A stretch of 30,959 nt of DNA from Chiloscyllium plagiosum (taxonomy: Eukaryota), in assembly GCF_004010195.1 (NCBI RefSeq), contig NC_057718.1:99027794-99058752 (forward strand). Reading direction: 5' to 3'. Every line of letters starts with the position of its first letter. Within the stretch, counting starts at the first letter, position 1. The position numbers and the translations under genes are program-made. Below, in pieces: positions 24,041 through 30,959 of the stretch. Below the pieces are notes generated by a model. That model saw only the letters and a list, made by a program, of their open reading frames with translations, ran no database searches and had not been told where the DNA came from.

Positions 24041-25054
24041 GTTAAGTAGATCTGTAACCCTTCGTGCTATTGTTCAGTTTTCACTTTACATAAATTTCAG
24101 ACTCAAGTGGCTACCAGCTCATTTTGGTTTACTAGTCTGATGGTGGTTTGATAAAATGAAAACTCAGGATGTGCTCAGTGACATTACAGCATTCACTATT
24201 TAAAATAGCCTGTCACTTTAGATATCACTAATTGTTTAATACTACAGTGACATGAGGAAATATTTGCCTGTATGATCTAGATTTCCACTTGCTAATTACT
24301 GTTACGCACACATTGTGATGATTTATTCATTTCAAACAGAGATCTAGCTTCATGAATCAAGTAGTTATCACTAGTAACTGTGGGAATGTTGATTAGCTTT
24401 AGCCTTGAGGTTCATTAAGATGATTTCCTGTCACTTTGATGTCACCAAAATAATTACTTTTGTCACCAATTTGAGCTTTACTGGTTAATCACATTGGAGT
24501 TTCCCGATTATAGTTGGATTCTTGCCATAGTATTTGATGTCTAAACACAGTAAATGCTAATGTTGACAGCATCCCTCCTCAATGATAGAACAAATGCCAA
24601 ATAGACTAAGAATTCATCTTCTTGCATCGATGCTAATATGGTAGTGTGCAATATGTCCGGAATAGCCTCCCAGTTCTCTTACTTACAGATAAGAGGTAGC
24701 TGAAAAGTCAACTCTGGCTGAGGGGACAGATGGAACTGTAACTCTGATGATCATCCTTTTTGATTTAGCATATTCATAAACAGGAATAGGCAAGTTTTTC
24801 TTATCTATATTTTTGACTATGTTTCATCTTTCACTGGCTTTCAGTGATAATGTAATTTTTTCAAAAGGCAAATCTTTTCTGCAGGCGTCTCTGAAATGCT
24901 TAGAAACAGTAAGTTTAATGTTCAGTATTGTTTCAGAAACAATAAACTTTAAACCTTTGAAATCCAACGATGCCATTTAAGCATCAGTGCACAAAGAGGA
25001 CTTTTTAGTCTGTTTGGCATCTTTCCTTTAATTGAGGGGGGGGAATACTGTCAA

Positions 25055-25510
25055 CCACAAGAAAATATTAGAACAAATAATCAAATGCTTGGCCAAGAGA
25101 TTTTAAGGAGGAGTGAGATGTGGATTTTAGGGGGAGAGTTCAAGAGTTTAGGGCTCAGGCCATTGACAAAGTGTCTGGTTGATATTGGGCTGGTTAAAAT
25201 CAGGGATGTATAAGAGATCTGTAGGGTGAAGGTGGTGGAGGCAGTTCCAAACAAGGATTTGAAAATAAGGGCAATGCCAGTTCTGGAACGATGCTAGGTT
25301 GGTGAGCAGAGTGATAAGTTGGATGGACATGGGGCAAGTTTGAACACAGAGATCAGAACTTTGAATGAGTTTATTTGTGGAGGGTGGAAGATGGGAGACC
25401 AGCCAGAAAAGTATTGGAACAGTCAAGCATAGAGATAACAAAGGCATGAATACAGTTTTCAGCAGGTGGTAAACAGAGTCGGGGGTCAGAGGTGGGTGAT
25501 GTTATGGGGA
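25055..25510 (-). mobile_element. L2 LINE 3' fragment
   Basis: Minus strand gives IHAFVISMLDCSNTFLAGLPSSTL, like L2 IHAFVTSRLDYSNALLAGLP. Confidence 0.75.
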
Positions 25511-25789
25511 TGGAGTGGATACAGGGTTGGCACATTATTCTCAGGTACTAACATATCTTGTGTGATGTGCAAAAAAATTTACTGAGCCAAACCATACAAC
25601 ACAAAATCAGAACTGTCCTCCTACATCGAGTCATTCATACTAACATCAATAAAATCTCAGTTTAAAAATAAATCAATCAAATTGATTTGTTCTTTAAGGT
25701 TCATATTAGTATTATAAAAAGGCAAACATATTTTAAATTTATTAAGGAGAGTACTGCTCCAGACTTTAGTTTAACCACAGCAGAATTTT

Positions 25790-26055
25790 AATCATAGAAA
25801 TTATAGCACTGAAGACCATTCAGCCTGTTGAAGCTCTGCCAACTGGAGATACATAAAGCCATTTCACTAACTTTTCCTTAACTTTTCATGTCCCTTCTCA
25901 ACTTCCTATAACTGAATTAAAATGAGAATTAATGTCTCCCTCAATAGCCCCTTGTGGTAAAGATTTCTATGATCTAAAACCATCTATCGGAGCTGCTGGA
26001 TTGGGTTTCAAGAATTCCCCAAATTGGTGTTCTCTTGATCCTAGTTCATCACCTA
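25790..26055 (-). mobile_element. Decayed CR1 3' end
   Basis: atcatagaaattatagcactgaagaccattcagcc is a reverse-complemented CR1 tail. Confidence 0.55.
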
Positions 26056-26085
26056 GGAAGCATACTCGGTCAGCTCTATGGTCCA

Positions 26086-26129
26086 CTTTCTGCCCTATAG
26101 TCATCTTTCTGCCCCATAGTCATCTTTCT
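26086..26129. repeat. 19-bp tandem duplication (2.3 copies)
   Basis: ctttctgccctatagtcat / ctttctgccccatagtcat / ctttct. Confidence 0.9.
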
Positions 26130-26204
26130 ATTTCCTAGTTCTTATGTACACATATATTGCAACGATACATGCTGTTTTCTTCCTTGTTAAAGAAAAGGCT
26201 TATT

Positions 26205-26733
26205 AGAATAGAATAGAATCCCTATGGTATGGAAGCAGGCCATTCAGTCCATTGAGCTGAAAATGTGTTGCTGGAAAAGCGCAGCAGGTCAGGCAGCATC
26301 CAGGGAACAGGAGAATCGACGTTTCGATTCTCCTGTTCCCTGGATGCTGCCTGACCTGCGCTTTTCCAGCAACACATTTTCAGCTCTGATCTCCAGCATC
26401 TGCAGACCTCACTTTCTCCATTCAGTCCATTGAGTCCACACTGAACCTCTGAAGAACATCTCGCCAAGATGCATTTGCTACCCTATCCCTGTAACCCTGC
26501 ATTTCCCATGGCTAATCCACCTAGCTTGCACATTCCTGGGCTATGGCGATTTATCATGGCCAATCCGTCTAATCTGCACATCTTTGGATTGTGGGAGAAA
26601 ATCGAAGCACACGGAGGAAATCCACGCAGACACGGGGAGAATGTGCAAACTCCACACAGACAGTCGCCCAAGGGTGGAATCAAACCTGGGTCCCTGAGGC
26701 AGCAGTGCTAACCACTGAGACACTGTGCCGTCC
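26205..26733 (-). mobile_element. HE1-type V-SINE (tRNA head, V core, CR1-derived tail)
   Basis: Minus strand has A-box-like tgtctcagtggttagc, B box ggtttgattcc, V-domain gtgtggagtttgcacattctccccgtgtctgcgtgg and an (attct)n tail. Confidence 0.92.
26257..26417. mobile_element. Near-perfect PLE hairpin inserted in HE1 SINE with 17-bp TSD
   Basis: TSD ccattcagtccattgag at 26240-26256 and 26418-26434. Arms are complementary except for one 3-nt indel. Confidence 0.92.
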
Positions 26734-28039
26734 CACGATTAATATTCCCTTTTTGTAAATATTAACTAATTTTGTCCTGTATTCCAAACATGGATATGAA
26801 TATTAGTGGCAGTAACTGATCTAACTAAATTTTGTAGGCATGCAACTTGGGAGCTTAACAGTTTGTGTAAAGGTTCGACCTCAAAAAGAAATGCTCTGGT
26901 CTCAATGTTCTGTTATTTCAAGGAGATCAAACATCTGGTATCTACTTAACGGATCATGTTTGCAACATGAGAGAGATGTATTCATTTGCTCTGATGTACA
27001 ACTGCTGCTGAGCTGGTCCAGCATATTGACCCACCACCCATGAGCATCATGAATGAGGTCCAAATATCTAATTGCTCTTCCCATCATATGTTACTTTATT
27101 TGTTTGCATACCTCTGTATTTTGATATTATTGGCCCAGAGACATTCTGAGAAGTTACTTGGCAATTGAATTTAATGTAATGCTTGGACAGTTACAACTTC
27201 AGGTGTTTCCACTAGACTTCTTTCCATTAACTTCTTTATGTCATGGGAACACTTGACTATCCAATAAGAACAGTCAAAGGAATAATTGTCCATTTAGGTT
27301 AGTTTGACTTGGATCTAAACTACTTATACTACTTGCTCCCCATTTATAAGAAAATTAGATTAATTATTTGGATCATTTCCTCCCAGAGCTAATGCACCAG
27401 ATTCAGTTCCTCATAAATACAAGGGAAAAAAGTTCTGTCAGACAATATTGTTTCTGTTCTCAGCCTGGGAGATTGTGAATTATTTTTAGTAGTTTGAGCT
27501 GTGACTCAGTTCTGCAAAAATTATTAATTTTGCCAAGTAATGATTTCATAAGGCAAAAGACATACTAACAGTTAGTTAGTTTTGGTATTTTCTCATGAAT
27601 TTCACATTTGTGTTACTCATACTCTGGCCAACATGTTAAAGGGGGTCCTGTAAGCAAGCTCTGAAAATGTGAGCTGAAAGTTGAAGATGTGAATTTCTTT
27701 AACACCAAAACAGATCTGATGCACCTAGAGATGTAACCTATCTCTTTCTCTCCCAGCCCCCAAGAAAGATAAACATGATGATTGAGATTTGGCGCATCTA
27801 CTACATCCATAGCTGATTAAATCAGCTTCTATTTCAATTAAGCAATTGTAAGACCATGAGACCTTAGCGCAGATTCAGCAGAGTCACTCATTTTCAATTT
27901 TTTTTAATCTGGCTTTCTTTTTGATAGTTAGAAATTGTTCAGTTTTACCCAAGAGATGTTATTACCAAAGAAGCAACATGCTGGAACCTCATATTCCTTA
28001 AGTCGTGGATATCTTTTAACATATTTAAAACAGCATTAA

Positions 28040-28106
28040 AATTAATGTCTTTCTCCAGCGATGCTGCCAAACCTGTTGAATCTCTCCAGCATTTGGTTTT
28101 TAATCT
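28040..28106 (+). mobile_element. PLE 3' tail remnant
   Basis: tttctccagcgatgctgccaaacctgttgaatctctccagcatt resembles the other tails. Confidence 0.6.
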
Positions 28107-28289
28107 GGTAAAGTTAGTGTCTCGATTTCTGGGCATAGGTTACTGACCAAATTGCAACCTAAGTTGACTGCCTCCCTCACTACCACATCTGTTCTGATGA
28201 TTTCACCACCTTTATCAATGCTCCTGATTTGTCTTCGAACCAAAGATACATAGAGGTTGGACTGTTTGGACCATTTTATTTTCTACACT

Positions 28290-29200
28290 TCCATTCTCAC
28301 CCATGCTAAGGCTCCCTTTGTGCTCCTTTTTCACCTCCTCCACTTTGACTGGACTCCACCACCTTCAGCTTGATTCCACCATCAAACACCTTTTTCCCTC
28401 CTCTCCCTTTCAGTACATTACGAAAGGGCCATTCCCTTCCTGATAATTTGCTCCAATGCTCAGACCTCTTTCCCAAGGCACCTTCCCAAGCAAGCTCACA
28501 AAGCTGGAAACAAAACACGATGCTGAACTGAAATAAGCTTTGTTTATTAAAAATCCACATTTCATCTCTCACCCTAAAGGCCCTTCAGGCGAAATACCAA
28601 TTTGGTTGTAGTTCTTCCAATTTAGCATTCTGTACTCAGTGTTCATGATGTGATATCTGCATCAGGGAGACGATATACAGATTTAGGTGATAGCTTTACA
28701 GAGCATCTTTGTTCAGTCTGGAAGTGTGATCATAAGCTTCCAGTCACTAGTAGTAATATCCTTCTCACTCTCCTCTCCATCCTCGATTTCCTACATGTTT
28801 CAACATAGACTCAGGGAACTCGACTTTCAATTAGGAATTTCAAAGCATTCCTGATTCAACATTAAGTTCAATGATTTCGGTCATAATGTCTACTTCCAGC
28901 ATTTAAGGCAGTAGATGTTGGTAATGGTTCTGTTATTCCCATTTACACTTCCTCTAGACCCATCTATTGTTCCTTGTTCTGTGACCATTTGCATTGTACC
29001 ATCATCCCTCTTGTGATTTCATCTCTCCTGTTTTCCACCCTACCTCATACCATCCATCAAGAGTTTGAAAATGTTACCAATGTTGACATCAGAAGGTTCT
29101 GATGAAGAGTCACAGTACCCAAAACATTAACTCTGATTTCCTCTCCACAGACGCTGCCAGACCTGCAAAGTTTCTCCAGCACCCACAGTTCTCTGTTTTA
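28290..29200 (+). mobile_element. Old 5'-truncated Penelope-like element (decayed GIY-YIG endonuclease plus 3' end with ribozyme remnant)
   Basis: About 28585-28720 reads FQAKYQFGCSSSNLAFCTQCS*C..IRETIYRFR/LGDSFTEHLCSV with frameshifts, matching PLE FTC.SSN.VYCI.C..C...YIGET.R.LG.RF.EHL. A CTGATGA motif lies at 29099. Confidence 0.75.
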
Positions 29201-29461
29201 TTGTCATCATTAACGTTTTCAATTGATGCTTGCCATTGCTGGTGCATGCATTGGTTGCTTGCAGTTATTGATGTGCCGACTGCTGAGTATGAGAACATAG
29301 AATAGTACGGCACACTACAGGCCATTCGGCCCTCGATGATTCTTGTGTTGAGGACATTACAGAGACTGTGAAGCAGTTTTGACCCAAAGTTGAATTTTTC
29401 AGCGTTCTGGCAAAGAGTCTCACATTGAGCGAAATAATCAGTAGAACATACAACTGATGCT

Positions 29462-29706
29462 GAGTGTGGTGCTGGAAAAGCACAGCTGTTCAGGCATCAT
29501 CTGAGGAGCAGGAGATTCGGTGCTTCAAGCCAAAGCCCTTCAGGAAAGAGGCTTGTGGGCCAAGGGGGCTGAGGGATAAATGGGACGGGCTGAGGGTGTT
29601 CGAAATGTCGATTCTCCTGCTCCTCGGATGCTGCCTGACCGGCTGTGTTTTTCCAGCACCACACTCTCGAATCTGATCTCCAGCATCTGCAGTCGCCACT
29701 TTCTCC
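29462..29706. mobile_element. PLE fold-back insertion
   Basis: Left arm gagtgtggtgctggaaaagcacag is complementary to right arm ctgtgtttttccagcaccacactc. The right arm carries the full terminus ...ctgcagtcgccactttctcc. Confidence 0.85.
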
Positions 29707-30075
29707 AAGTTGAATACACCAATTCTGTCATTTGTGTCAATAAATTTGCTTTAGTGAAGAAAATATGTTTTTCTGCAAAGAGTTGCTGAAGGTTTATGAA
29801 TCTTAAATGATTAAGCCTTCCAAGAGTAAAACATTTCAGGGAGCTTGACTTGGGGGATGCATCATTGCTCCAGCTGGAGATGTGACTAATCAAAGAATCT
29901 GCATGTCCTGTCAGCCAGTTTTATGTACAAAGTTTACTTATTCTATTGGCAGTCACCAAATATGTACAGAATTACAACTTAGCTCTGCATATTCTAGTGC
30001 CTTAATTGAGTTAGTGGGATACTGCTTCCACTGAAATTTGGTGTGCTTCCTTTTTGAGTTTTGCTATTTATTATA

Positions 30076-30382
30076 GCATCATAGAGATGTACAGCACGGA
30101 AACATACCCTTCGGTCCAACTCATTCATGCCGACCAGATATCCCAACTCAATCTAGTACCATCTGCCAGCACCCGGCTCAAATCCCTTCAAATCCTTCCT
30201 ATTCATATACCCATTCAGATGCCTTTTAAAATGTTGCAATTGTACGAGCCTCTATCATTTCCTCTGGTAGCCCATTCCTTACACGTACCACCCTTTGTGT
30301 GAAAACATTGCCCCTTAGGTCTCTTTTATATCTTTTCCCCCCTCACCCTAAACTTCTGCCGTCTAGTTCTGGACTCCCCCAT
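30076..30382 (-). mobile_element. CR1 3' end
   Basis: catagagatgtacagcacggaaaca..cccttcggtccaactc is a reverse CR1 tail. ctagttctggactccccc corresponds to GESRTR. Confidence 0.9.
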
Positions 30383-30385
30383 CCA

Positions 30386-30959
30386 GAATTGACTGGGAAA
30401 GCTATAGCTCGAGTTCGTTAGATGGGTCGGTGTTTGTCCAATGTGTGCAGGTGGGTTTCCTGACACAATATGTAGACAGGCCAACAGGAGGTGAGGCCTT
30501 ACTGGATTTGGTTCTGGGTAACGAACCAGGCCAGGTGTTAGAATTGGAGGTAGGTGAGCACTTTGGGGACAGTGACCACAATTCGGTGACTTTTACTCTA
30601 ATGAGTGAGAGGGATAAGTGTGCACTGCAGGGCAAGAGTTATAGCTGGGAGCAGGGAAATTATGATGCGGTGAGGCACGACTTAGGATGCGTGGCTTGGA
30701 AAAGTAGGCTTCAAGGGTAGGGCGCAATTGATATGTGGAGCTTGTTCAAGGAGCAACTATTGAGTGTCCTTGATATGTACCTGTCAGGCAGGGTGGAAAG
30801 GGCAGTGTGAGGGAGCCGTGGTTTAATAAGGAATTGGAATCCCTTGTTAAAGGGAAGAGGGCGGCCTATCTAAAGATGAGGCGTGAAGGTTCAATTGGGG
30901 CGATTGAGAGTTATAAGGTAGCCAGGAAGGACCTGAAGAGAGAACTAAGAGCAGCAAGG
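30386..30959 (+). mobile_element. CR1 ORF2 fragment (APE endonuclease C-terminal part), running off the window
   Basis: FLTQYVDRPTGGEALLDLVLGNEPGQV...GEHFGDSDHNSVTF with the catalytic SDH, followed by stops and frameshifts. Confidence 0.93.

Noticed and set aside
26222..26467. Mirror-image ORFs on both strands, or a pre-miRNA
   Set aside because: Consequence of the PLE hairpin. No evidence for a miRNA from sequence alone.
26660..26733. tRNA gene (A/B boxes on minus strand)
   Set aside because: It is the tRNA-derived head of the HE1 SINE, continuous with the V core. No complete cloverleaf.
23650..30959. JAG1 terminal exon expected downstream on the minus strand
   Set aside because: No JAG1-like coding sequence is recognisable in the window.
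1..30959. CRISPR array or prokaryotic defence system
   Set aside because: Eukaryotic intron-exon DNA. The recurring gatgctggagatc and ccagca motifs are dispersed PLE ends, not regularly spaced repeats.

Overview
AT-rich vertebrate genomic DNA. The repeat content (HE1/V-SINE, SacSINE1-like SINE, CR1 LINEs, abundant Penelope ends) points to a cartilaginous fish, probably a shark (inference). It holds the last three coding exons of an SLX4IP orthologue on the + strand (2463-2551, 17907-18013, 22803-23649), which splice in consistent phase and resemble human SLX4IP as recalled, followed by the 3' UTR. The rest is intron or 3' flank packed with decayed CR1, L2 and RTE LINEs, SINEs, a pogo/Tigger-type MITE and about ten Penelope-like element (PLE) fragments. 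There is a 494-nt assembly gap at 7809-8302. Most notable: the PLE ends carry minimal hammerhead-ribozyme motifs from three subfamilies with covarying stems. Four PLE insertions are fold-back structures, three of them turning at or inside the ribozyme motif and two with long exact target-site duplications. Nearly all short ORFs in the track are spurious or repeat-derived. Family assignments come from remembered consensus features, not database searches.
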